Counted from the first letter of the stretch, positions 23,679 to 36,555 are shown. The stretch is 38,924 bases of DNA from Chiloscyllium plagiosum (GCF_004010195.1 NC_057753.1:6229179-6268102), one strand, 5' to 3'. Notes: a model not told the origin generated them from the sequence alone. Numbers and translations are program-made.

Positions 23679-24269
23679 ATTGTGTAATCTCCACGGGACT
23701 GATGAGATTACAAAATCATTCTATTCTGTTTTCCAATAATTGTAATGAGCATATTATGACATTGGGTGCAGACGGTATTATGATAAAATATATTAATATA
23801 CGAGATTGAATTTGAAGTAATCAGTAACTGAACAACTTTACTTATCAAGTAACAAAAAAAATCAATTACGCTTTCAATCAACAATTATCACCTCACTCAA
23901 AGACCATTAGTACCATCCGTCATTTTAGTATTTTTTTCTCATTCAGCAATGACCACGCGATGCAAATTAGAGACTGTCGACCTCATTGCTGTTCTGCTGC
24001 ACTCTGGGATGTGGCTGCCTTCTTTAAAATTGAATATTCGTTTAAATTGTTGAAGAGATTTATTTTTGCCATTATCTATTATACTGTACAAAAAAAACGG
24101 CTTGATTAATTTCACAAGACAAATAATTACAATATCTCTATCTGCTGCACCTCAAATTCGTGATAACAAAAGTGAATGAAGACTCTGCAAAAGTTAATTG
24201 ATGCCTAGGCTCTTATAAATATGGAGCCTTCAACTGACATATAACCGCTTTCCTACTACCAACATATTT

Positions 24270-24590
24270 CATAGAATAGAATCAATACAGCGTGGAAGCA
24301 TGACATTCAGCCCATCAAGTTTATACCAACGTTCTGAAGAGCATCTCATCCAGACCCACTTCATCCCTGTAAACGTGCATTGCCTATTGTCAAACCCACC
24401 TAATCTGCACAACATAGGTCAGTTTAACCTGCATATCTTTGAAGTGTGGGAGGAAATCAATGCACCACGAGAAAACCCAGGTCGACACTAGGAGAATGTG
24501 CAAACTCCAAACAGACAGTTACACAAAACTGAAATTAAACCTAGGTCTCGAGCACTCCGAGCCTATATTGTTAGCCACAGAGTCACCTTG
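24270..24590 (-). mobile_element. HE1-type SINE (decayed)
   Basis: CATAGAATAGAATC tail, GGAGAATGTGCAAACTCCAAACAGACAG core and AGCCACAGAGTCACC head (reverse complement of the SINE layout). Confidence 0.78.
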
Positions 24591-25599
24591 ATCAATGTCC
24601 TTCGTAAAAGTCGTGATAGCAAGACAGCAATCATGTTTTTTTTTTCAAACCGGCCACCTGGGTAACTTTCAAATTGAATGCCTACAGTAATATTTCCCCT
24701 TAAGCAGAATGGATTCTTTTTCCTGAAACATCTCCAAAAACCTTAATGCATTGCATTCAAATTATAATATATTGTCATACCCAATATTGGCCATATAAAT
24801 GTTAAACGATCATAACGCTAACACAACTCTTGAGGTTTCCTTCCCACTCTTGGAATACTTCTGTTGATGAGAACTCATTTTTTTGAAAACAAAACAGCCA
24901 CAAAATATTTCTATCTTATTGCTGAATTCTTAGAAGAGTGCAGCACTGACACCCACAACACACATACTGAAAACCATTTTGAACAGATTTGCTTAAGATG
25001 GTTAAATGGATGCGACAGTCCATCCTTCACTGAAATTTTCTGCATTTATTAAATAAAGCAGTTGGTTGACAAACCACAGAGATAAATTTTAGTAGAAATT
25101 TCGAAAGAATGATCCATTTCCAAGAACTGTAGTGCTGCCCCCTGTTCATTGATTTTATTTCACATCCTTTGTGATCGTCCGTTCATATCCAGAGATTTGG
25201 CTTCAGAATGTTGCTTAGGCTTTCGTTCATTTACTCGAGGCAATTTAGCATCCAAGCCTCCATCTCGAAGTCAATCAAAAATTGCAAAGATGCAGTAAGT
25301 ACTCCTTCCATGTGTGAATGCAACTCACCATGTCAATGACATACACCACAGACTTTTATAATTACTTCATTGATTAATAACTGAAATTGAGCTGGTTCAT
25401 TTTTCATGTTGTCTGACATGACGTTAAAATGGTGCAATCCATTGTTGTCACGATACCGAAAGTTGTTTTCTCTCCTCTTTAGACAAAGCAGACTGCCAGT
25501 ATTCTCTGAGTTAGCCCAATCAAAAATATAAATTACTTGTTCCAAATAATCAATGCAGTCTTTCATATGAGTAACAATGCCTTACAAATTGCTTAGTGT

Positions 25600-26790
25600 T
25601 CTTCGATGAAGTGACCAGGAAGTTTGATGAATGAAGGGCAGTAGATGTAGTCTATGTGAATTTCAGGAAGGCCTTTGGTACGGTTCCACATGTTGTACCG
25701 CTCTGGAAGGATAGATTGCATGGCATCCGGGGGAGCTGGCAAATTGTATATATAATTGGCTTATTAGTTGGACACGGTGCTTAATACTAATGAATGCTTG
25801 TCAGACTGGAGGCTTGCAACGCGTGGGATTCCTCATGGGTTGATGCTGGGCATATTGCTGCTTATTATCTACTTCAACGATTTGAACGAGAATGTCTAAG
25901 GCATGACCAGTATGTTTGGAGGTGACACTAAAATAGATGGTATCGTGGACAATGAGAAAGGTTGCCAGAAAATTAAGCAGGGCCTTGATCAACTAGGGAA
26001 GTGGACCAAGAAATTACAAATGGAGTTTAGCATAAATAAATGTGAGGTCCTATATTTTGGAAAGTCAAATTAACGCGGGATTTCAGTGGTGAATGGTAAG
26101 AACATAAGGGATGTAATGGACCAGATGGACCTTGGATTCCAGGTGCACAATCCTCTGAAAGTGAATCACGGTTAGCCATGGCAGTGAAGAACGCTTTGGA
26201 ACACTGGCCTTCATCAGTCAAGGCATCGAGTTTAGAAATTGGGAAGACATGATTCAATTCTACAGGACGCTGGTGAGGCCACACTTGTATCACTCTTTTT
26301 GTCCCCTTGCTATAGGAAATTCGTTATTAAACTTGAAAGAGTGCAGAAGAAATTAGCAAGGATGTTGCATGGACTCAATGGTCTGAGTTATAGGGAGAGG
26401 TTGGATAAAGCTTTGACTTCATCTTTAGAGCGAAGGAGACAGAGGAGGATACCTTAAATAAGTCTATAACATCATGAAATGCAGGGCTAGGTTGAATGCA
26501 CACAGTCATTGTTTTTTCCCAGGATTGCAGAATCAATGTCTAGATGACATCAGTTTAAGGTTAGAGAGGAAAGAAAAAAGAGACCCTTTGTACGCAGAGG
26601 GTAGTGTACGTACAGAATTAGCTGAGAACAAAAAAAAAATGTTTGAGGTGAATACAATAACGACATTTAGACAAATACAGGGTTAGGAACGGTTCCGCAG
26701 AATATTGGCCAAGAGCAGGGTAAGTATTGATGGACATTTATGATTGGCATGGATCTTTTTGATACAATGAACCTGTCTCCATGCTGTAGG
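25600..26790 (+). mobile_element. CR1 LINE RT-to-3' fragment (decayed)
   Basis: EGAVDVVYVNFRKAFGTVPH at ~25630-25690, FGGDTK (decayed FADD), SPCYRKFVIKLERVQKK (26239..26457), CR1 3'UTR. Confidence 0.87.
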
Positions 26791-26824
26791 ATACTCTGCC
26801 TCTCCGAGTCTAAAATATACTTTG

Positions 26825-27350
26825 CTGTAGACTGACTCTGTGATAGTCCATATCTAATAATTGTTTGCTCAGTTTTTTGCCACTTCTGTTATGGGTGACC
26901 TCCAGGTGTTGCAACTCAGTTCGATTTTTTGAACACTTGTTCAATCTCTTTTCGAATATGTGTCACCTGTAGAAGGTTAAGTTCATAAGGATGTTGCTTA
27001 AGTGGAACTACATTTTGCGTATCAACAGCATGCATAATTAGATTAGTTTTTTTTTTACTTGCTTATTCCTAATTAACTATCCATCTGATTGCAACAACCC
27101 TTTCAGGTTACTTCTATTTTCCTTTGGAAGGTGAATCAGTAATTTCTCAATTTTGACAACTTACTCATTGTCCAATTCAATTTGAGAACTGTCCAATTTG
27201 GTATTATCCCAACTTGGATCTTCACTCTATTCTGCAACAAACAAAATATTCACTTTTTGCTTTCCTTCCTTGGCAAAGTACCTTTTGAGCGTATTCACAT
27301 TACACGTCTGTGATGTTTCTGTCCATCTGACGTTCTTATTAAATAATTCA
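26825..27350 (-). mobile_element. Gmr1-like Gypsy pol fragment: integrase C-terminus followed by RT N-terminus
   Basis: The minus strand reads LNYLIRTSDGQKHH...VNTLKRYFAKEGKQ, then MHAVDTQNVVPLKQHPYELN...RKEIEQ...SCNTWRSPI...DYHRV. It is homologous to 33190-33720 on the plus strand. Confidence 0.82.
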
Positions 27351-30128
27351 ACTCCTCCTATCTAATTCCGAGTTAGAACCCTCACTCCACTGATTACCAC
27401 ACGCTGAGAAGCCCGCCTCGTCTCGTAATCTGTTAAATATGTAAGCGATTGTAAGAAAATTCCTGTTTTCCACTATTTCAGAAAAGAAATTTGTTCGCAA
27501 AACCTTATCAATTAATCAATCATTATCTGATCGGAAGTCCATTTTAATACTCCTCAAATTAAACAATTTAGAAACGATAAATTAACTCAGTCTCTCAAAG
27601 TCCATTGAGTCCCCGATTCTTCCTTCTTTCCGATTTTCCAAATCTGCTGCCTCCTTCAGTTCATATGATTCCCCTTTCTCTGTCTGGCCTGACTTGTATT
27701 TTTTAAAAATATATTCGAATGTCTTTGTATGAAAATCTTAGGTATGTTTAATGGAGCGTGCTTTCTGAAATTTCTTTCAGAACTGTTCAGAGCTGTTGGG
27801 TCTCTTTCTGTGCAGTTGTTTTTCTCCGATTTTCAAAAACACTCGTTTTTATCCCCTGGGTAACATCTGAAGTTCTTATCATCGGATTGTTTTTGGTCTG
27901 TTACGACATCTTCAGATATTAAATTCGAATGGCTTTGAAAGGGCTGAGTGTTTGATTAAAATCATTTGGACAGGTTTGAACTGTTGTCAAAACAACAACC
28001 AAAACTCAGATATCCATTTCAAGCCAATTGTTACATGCGTCCATTTTGGAACAGCCTGTCGCCCAGCTGTGCTGTTTGCTGTCAATGATTGCTACACCTG
28101 AAACTCAGAAGAGCACTTACTCTCTTAAAGGGAACTCGACTTCCTTTTTGATCCATTATTATTCTAACCAGCTTCGTAATAATGAGGCTCAGTAAACCTT
28201 ACTTTTAAAGATTGACCTACTGTTGGAAGTAATACTAACACTTTATTTCTACTTGCAAATTAGCGAATTTTTACTCTTGTCTTTTTCCTGTTTCTTCCCA
28301 TCCTGACATTCGTTTACATGTTACCAATCCAACTTACCTACTTTATTTAATCTCATCCAAAAACTTGAAGCATAATGCAAATATGTGGTGTTAAGCTCTG
28401 AATCACCAATTCTCCTTCATTTCTTTCAGTGATATTCTCACTTCATGCCCAACAACTAATTCAAGTGAAGTGAATTTGAGAGATGCATTTGGTGAATCTC
28501 TAAATATAAATAGTGCAAATTGTGACGATTCTCCCGTTTTAAAAAAAGTTTTATCTGTTCTTGTTTTTATTCAAGAGATGTTGTAAAGGCAGGGATGCTA
28601 ATATGTCTGAAAATGGCTACTGTAAGCAATGGCAGGCAAGTGGTCAGTTGTCCCAGTTCAGGATTTTGTATGGGATTGGTTTGCTTCGGCAAGCAGTCAG
28701 AAACGTTTGCAAAGCTGATGGAATTGACAGACAAGTGGAAGATGGAGTTGACTTCACCTGTCAGGCAAATGAAAAGACAATAGCAAACGAAATTAAGCAA
28801 CTTGTATTTCAATTAAAAGTGGAGGAAAAAGAAATAAAGAACGAAAGGCCCCAGCAGAACAAAAAGCACAGAATCGCTTCAACAGAACACAAAGAAGATG
28901 AGACAGAAGGAAAGGAAAAACAAGTGAAAAAAACAAGCGAAAGGAAGAACGAAAGAGTTTGAACTCCATAAAGTGGCATTCAGAGACCAAAGTCGGTTTA
29001 AAAGGATGAAGGTGAAGGTAGAACTGAGGCAGAGTGAGGAAAATAGTGAGAATGAGCAAATGCATCGTAACCAAACGCCAGACAGGGATTTGTTTCAATA
29101 ATTAAAAGATTACCCAAAGTAGAAGAGAAAGTTTAAAAGATGTTGCGTCTCATTTGAGAAGATAACTAAACAAATACAGTGGCAAGTGACCATGTGAGTT
29201 TTGTGGATTCAAAGAAAGCTGGTAGGTAGAGCTCGTGGGGTACTTTCACTACTATCAGAGGATGTATAGATAACGGTTCAGCAAATCTAAGGATTAAGAC
29301 TGATCAACGTACATTGAGTTTGAAAGGATATAGCAAAGTAATTTGATAGGTGGATAAGGGCATTAAAAAGAGCAAACTTATGATGCTCTCAGAGAGGCGA
29401 TTATTTTAAAACAGTTAAAGAATTCACTTCTGGAAGCAATGAGAATTCATACGGAAGAGCACCGAGTTAAAACGGCAAGATTAACAGCTGAAATGGCTGA
29501 CGATTATGAATTGGTTCATGAATCAAAAGTTGGCCTCTAACATCAATTTGCGTTCGTGACAGATAAAAAATTGGGAAAAGAGAAATCTTCATTGATAAGT
29601 GAACAGTGGGTTTCGGCGAAGATAATAAGGATAACCTATCACAGGGTTAAAAGGAAACCTACGAAGGGAAATGAGAATTTAAAATTTGTTGTATTGTCCC
29701 TGCAACAAAATTGGCCATATGAAATCACACTGTTGGTGGGTTTAAAAAAAACACTAGGAAGGCGGATGTCGGAAAAAGGATCAACCAGTGAATTTTGTTG
29801 GAGTTGTAAAGGAAAGCACAGTGGAGGCTACAAAGCAGAATGAACAACCTTGTCGTAGGTTAGTTGAAGAGGAAGTGCAAGATCATCTAAAACCATACTT
29901 GCAAAGGTTAGGTTTACTTAAGAGACCAGGAGCAGCAGGTAAAACGGTAATATTATTAAGGAATGCAGAATCATGTCAATCTTGCATGTTGAGAGGTGAA
30001 GAGATATTTTTATCAGGATTATTGCAGGAAGAATAAAATGAAGTACCAGTACGTTGAAATCTTGGGGGGAGAAACGAAGTGCTCAATTACGTAGAGTGAG
30101 GTTAGAGTGTCCAGTAAAAAGTGGAGAC

Positions 30129-31683
30129 ATAGAACATAGAACAATACGGCACAGAACAGGCCCTTCGGCCCACGATGTTGTGCAGAACTTCTAACTTAGA
30201 TTAAGTACCCATCCATGTAACTATCCAAATGCCGCTTAAAGGTCGCCAATGATTCCGACTCTACCACTCCCACGGGTAGCGCATTCCATGCCCCCACCAC
30301 TCTCTGGGTAAAGAACCCACCCCTGACATCTCCCCTATACCTTCCACCCTTCACCTTAAATTTATGTCCCCTTGTAACACTCTGTTGTACCCGGGGAAAA
30401 AGTTTCTGACTGTCTACTCTATCTATTCCTCTGATCATCTTATAAACCTCTATCAAGTCACCCCTCATCCTTCGCCGTTCCAACGAGAAAAGGCCGAGAA
30501 CTCTCAACCTATCCTCGTACGACTTCCTCTCCATTCCAGGCAACATCCTGGTAAATCTTCTCTGCACCCTCTCCAAAGCTTCCACATCTTTCCTAAAGTG
30601 AGGCAACCAGAACTGCACACAGTACTCCAAATGTGGCCTAACCAAAATTCTGTTGAGTTGCAACATCACTTCATGACTCTTGAATTCAATCCCTCTGCTA
30701 ATGAACGATAATACTCCATAGGCCTTCTTACAAACTCTATCCACCAGAGTGGCAACCTTCAAAGATCTATGTACATAGACCCCAAGATCCCTCTGTTCCT
30801 CCACCTGACTAAGAACCCTACCATTAACCCTGTATTCCGCATTCTTATTTGTTCTTCCAAAATGGACAACCTCACACTTGGCAGGGTTGAACTCCATCTG
30901 CCACTCCTCAGCCCAGCTCTGCATCATATCTAAGTCCCTCTGCAGCCGACAACAGCCCTCCTCACTGTCCACAACTCCACCGATCTTCGTATCATCTGCA
31001 AATTTACTGACCCACCCTTCGACTCCCACATCTAAGTCATTAATAAAAATTAAAAACAGCAGAGGACCCAGAACTGATCCCTGCGGAACTCCAATTGTAA
31101 CTGGGCTCCAGGCTGAGTATTTACCATCTACCACCACTCTCTGCCTTCGACCGGTTAGCCAGTTTTCTATCCAATTGGCCAAATTTCCCTCTATCCCATG
31201 CCTCCTGACTTTCCGCATAAGCCTACCATGGGGAAACTTATCAAATGCCTTACTAAAATCCATGTACACTACATCCACTGCTCTACCCTCATCCACATGC
31301 TTAGTCANNNNNNNNNNNNNNNNNNNNNNNNNNNNNNNNNNNNNNNNNNNNNNNNNNNNNNNNNNNNNNNNNNNNNNNNNNNNNNNNNNNNNNNNNNNNN
31401 NNNNNNNNNNNNNNNNNNNNNNNNNNNNNNNNNNNNNNNNNNNNNNNNNNNNNNNNNNNNNNNNNNNNNNNNNNNNNNNNNNNNNNNNNNNNNNNNNNNN
31501 NNNNNNNNNNNNNNNNNNNNNAAGTACTTGTTCAAGACCTCTCCTATCTCTTCCGACTCAATACACAGTCTCCCACTACTGTCCTTGATCGGACCTACCC
31601 TCGTTCTCGTCATTCTCAGGTTTCTCACATACGCATAACATGCCTTGGGGTTATCCTTGATCCTATCCGCCAACGATTTTTCA
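30129..31683 (-). mobile_element. Young 5'-truncated CR1 LINE inserted in the Gmr1 protease
   Basis: Uninterrupted 366-aa ORF 30196..31296 (YMDFSKAFDK, GVPQGSVLGP, SKFADD); (ATAGAAC)n tail at 30129; linker region 31522-31683 beyond the gap. Confidence 0.95.
31308..31521. other. Assembly gap (214 N)
   Basis: Run of N. Confidence 1.
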
Positions 31684-31729
31684 TCGTAGTAAGAGTACTG
31701 GAAGACGTCGTAGTAAGAGTACTGGAAGA
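31684..31729 (+). repeat. Direct repeat, 2 x TCGTAGTAAGAGTACTGGAAGA (22 bp, CG spacer)
   Basis: Exact copies at 31684-31705 and 31708-31729, at the CR1 5' junction. Confidence 0.95.
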
Positions 31730-33905
31730 ATTCTCGGCTCCAGAAATAAAATTTCTCCTTGCTACCGATATAGCTGGGTCACAGGTAGGAATGCTGCCTA
31801 CTATGTTTAAAAGCCAGTGAAAACGCTGGCAAACTAATATTACAGTTAATATAACCTTGGATTTTTCCTGGTTGGGTGGTAACGAGGTCACAAAGCCATC
31901 AGCTGAAGTAGGAGGTGAAATAAGAGAATATAGATACGAAAGTTGAAGTGCAATTATCAAAAAACAAACAATTGATAAAATGGTTGATAGAAAACAGGAA
32001 TAATTGAAGGACAAACTGGACAGCTTTACTTCAGAAAGATAATTGAGGTACAACAGAAAGAGGAAAAGCTGAAGCAATAGTTTGAAAAAGCGGAGATGGA
32101 AGAAGAATATGAATATATCTCTAGGTGTTGCGAAGTTAAAAATGATGGCTTCATGAGGAAACGGAGACCACGACATATTCAGGCAGATGTGAAATCTGCA
32201 ACAGTTCATGAAGTCATCTTACCAGTCGGTTATAGAAAGGAGTGTTGCGAGTAGCGCATAAACTCACAAATGGCGATCACATTCGTGTAAAACTCAAGTT
32301 AAAACGCAGAAACATTTGTATTGATCTGGATTGCACAAGAACGAAGCTAAGTTTTGCCAGTCATGTTATATATGTCAGCTAATTGTAAAACCGAAGGCAG
32401 ACGTAACATCTACAACTTTAATAACCATTCCTGCATTTGAGCAATCTTTTACAAGAGTCTTAACTGATGGTGTAGCATCCCTACAGTAGAACAATAAATT
32501 GGAATCAGTATTTGTTAACAATAATGGATTTATCCATTTGATGTCCAGATATCATACCATTATGCAAGTCAAAAATAAAAGGATTATAGAAGTTCTTCTC
32601 AAACCTTTCAGAAGATAGGGATTGGTCACAGAGATACAATCAGATCCTGGGTCAATCATTACATCAAATTTATTCAAGGTAGTGATGAACAAGTTATGAA
32701 TAAAACAATTCACATCCACTGCGTAACATATAGAAATGCAGGGCGTGCTAGGAATGTATGATCAGAATCTAAACACCACGTTGAATGTTTATGCTCAAGA
32801 TTCTCCAGACCATTGAGATAAAGGATTCGGTTTGTGCTTTCTTTCTATTGCAGATGCAACAAATTAATCAAAAAAAATTCTATTTCCATTCGATTTACGA
32901 CGTGATTTGAGAATACTACTGAAATTAATTAAGAAGACATTGATGAGTCAATGTTCAGAGACTACATATGTGGACTGAGTATCAAATTTTAAGGATCTTT
33001 TAGATAAAGTAGGGGAGTTGACTGGACAACATTTAAAATATCACAGCATATGACAAAAAATGAGAACAATGAATTCAAAAATTCGCAATTTCGCTAAATG
33101 TGGTAAAATATTAGTGTTACTTCCAGTGATGAGTGAACATTTAAAATCAAGGTCTAGTGAACTTACCAAGTTGGAAAGAGACTGAATGAGCTGAACTATT
33201 TGATAAGAACTCCAGACAGAAAGAAAGAAAACTCACAGAGTGTGTCATGTCAAAAAGTTAAAAGATATTTTCCTAGGGAAGGAAAGCAAATGGAGAATGC
33301 GTTACAACACAGAGTGACAAGCCAAGGCGAAATGGCTTTTATTTGGACTTTCTTCCATTTCAATTGAACAATGGGGACGTTGTCACAAATCAGAATAAAC
33401 TATTGAGTTGCCTTCGAGAGGAAAATCAAAATGATCTGAAAGAGTTATTGATATCGCACAGGGAGATATGTGGATTTATGCTAGAAATACTAATCTAAGT
33501 ATATGTATAATGTACACAACGGAAGGATATTGCAATTAACCAATGTTCTTGCAGCCTTAACTATCGAAAGTTGGCTAAGATTCAAGAAGAGACTGAATGC
33601 ATGCTCCAAGACAAAGTAATCAAAGTGAGTTGCAATGACTTGTACTCACCCATAGCAAATAGAGCCAAAGCAAGACAGTACCCAACTGTTATGTGTGTAC
33701 TATCGCAAAGTCAATAGATTTACAAAGTCTGACTCAAATCCGAATCCATGTTTAGAAGACTTTATTGAAAAGTTGGGACAAGCATCTTGTACATCTAAGT
33801 TGGACCGGCGCAGACAATACTGCCAGGCAACTTTGTCCAAAAGAGCGATGTCAATTTTGAAAGTCCTAATGGTCATTGGACTGACTCAAATTAAAGTCAT
33901 GCCGT

Positions 33906-34490
33906 TGTGATGGTACTGCTTCTTTCCCAAGGTTATGCTCTCCTGTTTTCTAAGAGGTTATAGAAGACACTTGCTCCAGTAAATCTGGCTGTGGATGGTT
34001 TGGACCCAGTTTGATACTGCCTCAGTCAAAAGGTTTTCTAGTTTTTTTTTGTAAAAAGTAAACACTTGTGCAATGAAAGAGGAGTGGCCAGCTCTCCCAG
34101 CTCAGCTAATCTCTGGTTTGATTTTATTTTTGTTTGGCTATTCAATGAAAGCAATCAGCAATTTTAATGCTGCTTGATCCAAAGGAACAGGTCCATGCTA
34201 ATCGTCCCCCTCTCTGACTTGTCTCCTGTAAAACCGTGTATTTGATTTTAGCTTTTGTGCCAAGAGATGTTTTGCAAGTACTGGAACACCAATATTAAGT
34301 TGGGATAATCTGCCGTGTGTTGTATAGTCTAAATTATTTTGGTTTCTGTTCTCTTTTGTTTATGTTTCATTTGATGACCATGAAACTAACTGGATTAACA
34401 AGTCAAATCACTCCTGTCATATCCGTGTTACACCTGCTTAACACTAGCAAAGTTAGTGTCTTGGCCACATTCTTGAAATGTTTTTGGGCT
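33906..34490 (+). mobile_element. Probable LTR of a second Gmr1-like element
   Basis: Non-coding block starting TGTGATGG exactly where RT homology stops (KVMP|) and ending just before a new gag start; the 3' end and PBS appear deleted. Confidence 0.6.
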
Positions 34491-35540
34491 TTTACAAGAG
34501 CTGAGAAATGTAAATTTGCTGGAATTAGCAAACAAGCGTGTGTCGGAATTACATCCTTCTGTGTTGAAGGGACAGATAATCTCAGCAACTGCCCAGCATT
34601 TAAATTTTCTGGAAACGCCATCAGAATCTTTTGAGATGGTTAAAATTCATTTCAAAATGAAGCAGCTTCAGTTAGAAGCAGATGACAAGGAAACGGCAAC
34701 AGGAGTTAAACCGTTTGAATTACAATGAACATCAAAGAGAAACAGAAAAATAAATGAGAGAAGAGAAAAGGGAGAAAGAAGAGAGCGAAAAGGAGAGGGA
34801 TGAGGAAAAAGAAAGAGAGTTTGAACTTGACAAATTGGCACTTAGACAGGACAATCAGCTTAAAAGGATGGAGATGAAGACTGAAGGTAATATTAATGAT
34901 GAAGAGAGTGAGGATGACACATCCATGGTCTGTTGAGAATCTGTTTAGATATCTTCAAAGCATTGCGCATATTTGATGAAAGTATATGGAAGATTTTTCT
35001 CATCTCATTTTAAAAGGTAGCCACAGAATTGCGGTGGCTCATGAACATGTGAGTTTTGCTAATGCAAACAAAGTGTTTAGGTAAGGCCAGTGAGATATTA
35101 ACATAACTATGAGAGGACGAATCTGGGGTTACGAGAAGATGAAGAAATCTCTCTTACGTGCACATGAGCTTGTGCCAGAAGAATACGGGCATCGTTTCAG
35201 GAATCCAAGGAGGGACCCTGGTTAAAAGTACATTGATTTCCAAAGGACCAAACAAAGAAATTTTGATGGGTGGATAAGGACATTGTAAATGAGCAAACCT
35301 ATGACGCTCTTCGAGAGATGATTATTTTGGAGGAGGTCAAAAATTCAGTCTGAAAAGTCGTGAAAACTCATATGTAAAAGAAGAGAGGTAAAAGGGAAAG
35401 AATGGCAGCTGAAATGGCTGATGAATATGAGTTGATCCATAAATCAATGTTAGGCTTTCAAAGTTATTTTTAATTCTTCAGGGATATAAATCGTGGAAAA
35501 GTGAAATCCTCACCTGGAAAGGGAAAGGTCGATCACCATA
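34491..35540 (+). mobile_element. Gmr1-like gag (second copy, decayed)
   Basis: LQELRNVNLLELANK start, E/K/R-rich coiled coil (34754..34936), AHELVPEEYGHRFRN, FDGWIR, IILEEVKNSV, AAEMADEYELIH. It parallels 28690-29620 and 2603..2914. Confidence 0.87.
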
Positions 35541-35544
35541 ACGG

Positions 35545-36555
35545 ATATGTCTGGCATTTCTCAGCCCCGCTCTGCATCCTGTCTATGCCGCGCTGCACCC
35601 TGCAATAGACCTCTATACTATCGATTCACCTCCAACCTTTGTGACATCTGCAAATTTACTAACCCACCACCCAACCTCCTCATCCAAGTCATTTATAAAA
35701 ACTACAAATAGAAGAGGCCCAAGAACAGCCCCCTGTGGGACCCCACTCAACACTGACCTCCAGGCAGAATACTTCCCATCTACAACCACTCTCTGCCTTC
35801 TGTCAGCCAGCCAATTCTGAATTCAGAAATCCAAATCTCCCTATTTTCCATACTTACTGACGTTATGAATGAGCCAACCATGGGTAACCCTATCAAATGC
35901 CTTGCTGAAGTCCATATACACCACATCCACTGCTCGACCATCGTCGGCCTGTCTTGACACCTCCTCAAAGAACTCAATACAATTTGTGAGGCGTGACCTG
36001 TCCCTCACAAACGATTTTTGACTCCCTTTACTCACACAATGCCTTGCTAAATAGTCATAAATCCTATCCCTCAGAAATCTTGCCAAAATTCTGCTGACCA
36101 CAGACGTAAGACTGACTGGTATATAATTGTCAGGGATTTCCCTATTACCCTTCTTGAAAAGAGAAACAACATTTGCATCCTTGCAATCCTCCGGTACGAC
36201 TCCTCTGGAGAGTGAGGAGGCAAATATGCTCGCCAGCGGCTTGGCAACCTCGTTTCTCGCTTCCCGGAGGAGGACGGCATAAATCTGGTCTGGCCCTGGA
36301 GACATATCAATCTTAATGTTTTCCAAGATTTCTAGCACATCAACTTCATCAAGCTTGATCTGGTCAAGACTGTATCCCAGCTCCTCTAGGTTTTCATTTA
36401 CAACAAGTTCCCTTTCCTTGGTGAAAGCTGAAGTAAAACAAAAACTTATTTTGGGCTTCCCCTATCTGCTCAGACTCCACGCACAAGTTCCCTTCGCTAT
36501 CCCTGATCGGCCCTACCTTCTCCATGATCATTCTCTTATTCCTCACGTATGTATA
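35545..36555 (-). mobile_element. CR1 LINE internal fragment (linker to RT core), truncated at both ends
   Basis: SPGPDQIY, NYIPVSLTSVV, YMDFSKAFDRV (35841..36338), then GVPQG and SKFADV; no 3' tail. Confidence 0.92.

Larger units (their letters stand above)
28560..33905 (+). mobile_element. Gmr1-like Gypsy LTR retrotransposon internal region (gag-PR-INT-RT order), decayed and split by a CR1
   Basis: Coiled-coil gag (28561..28962); SCAN-like region ~29280-29520 (FDRWIRAL...KNSLLEAMRIHTEE...AEMADDY); knuckle CNKIGHMKSHC (~29700-29733); protease ILLRNAESCQS (~29950) continuing FLLATDIAG (~31752); integrase HHCC (~32245-32380: AH...DH...CQSCYICQ) and EIQSDPGS (~32631); NYLIRTPDR (~33194); RT YRKVN...LEDFIEKLGQ...SKLD...KVMP (33695-33905). 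Confidence 0.9.

Noticed and set aside
28561..28962. E/K-rich ORFs (also 34754..34936) as host coiled-coil genes
   Set aside because: They are the coiled-coil part of Gmr1 gag, contiguous with SCAN-like and knuckle motifs and full of stops.
31308..31521. Apparent internal deletion in the young CR1 (214 N versus ~476 bp for the same interval in the CR1 at 5199-5674)
   Set aside because: Most simply an under-estimated gap size; it cannot be called biological without long reads.
30878..31588. Plus-strand ORFs such as 30878..31588, 16873..17349 and 4442..4723
   Set aside because: Antisense shadows of CR1 ORF2 with no independent protein features.
31684..31729. 22-bp direct repeat as CRISPR-like
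   Set aside because: Only two copies with a 2-nt spacer, eukaryotic context, no cas genes.
31625..32209. Hydrophobic 194-aa minus-strand ORF resembling a membrane or env protein
   Set aside because: It is the antisense of A-rich Gmr1 pol and crosses the CR1 junction; the hydrophobicity follows from T-richness.
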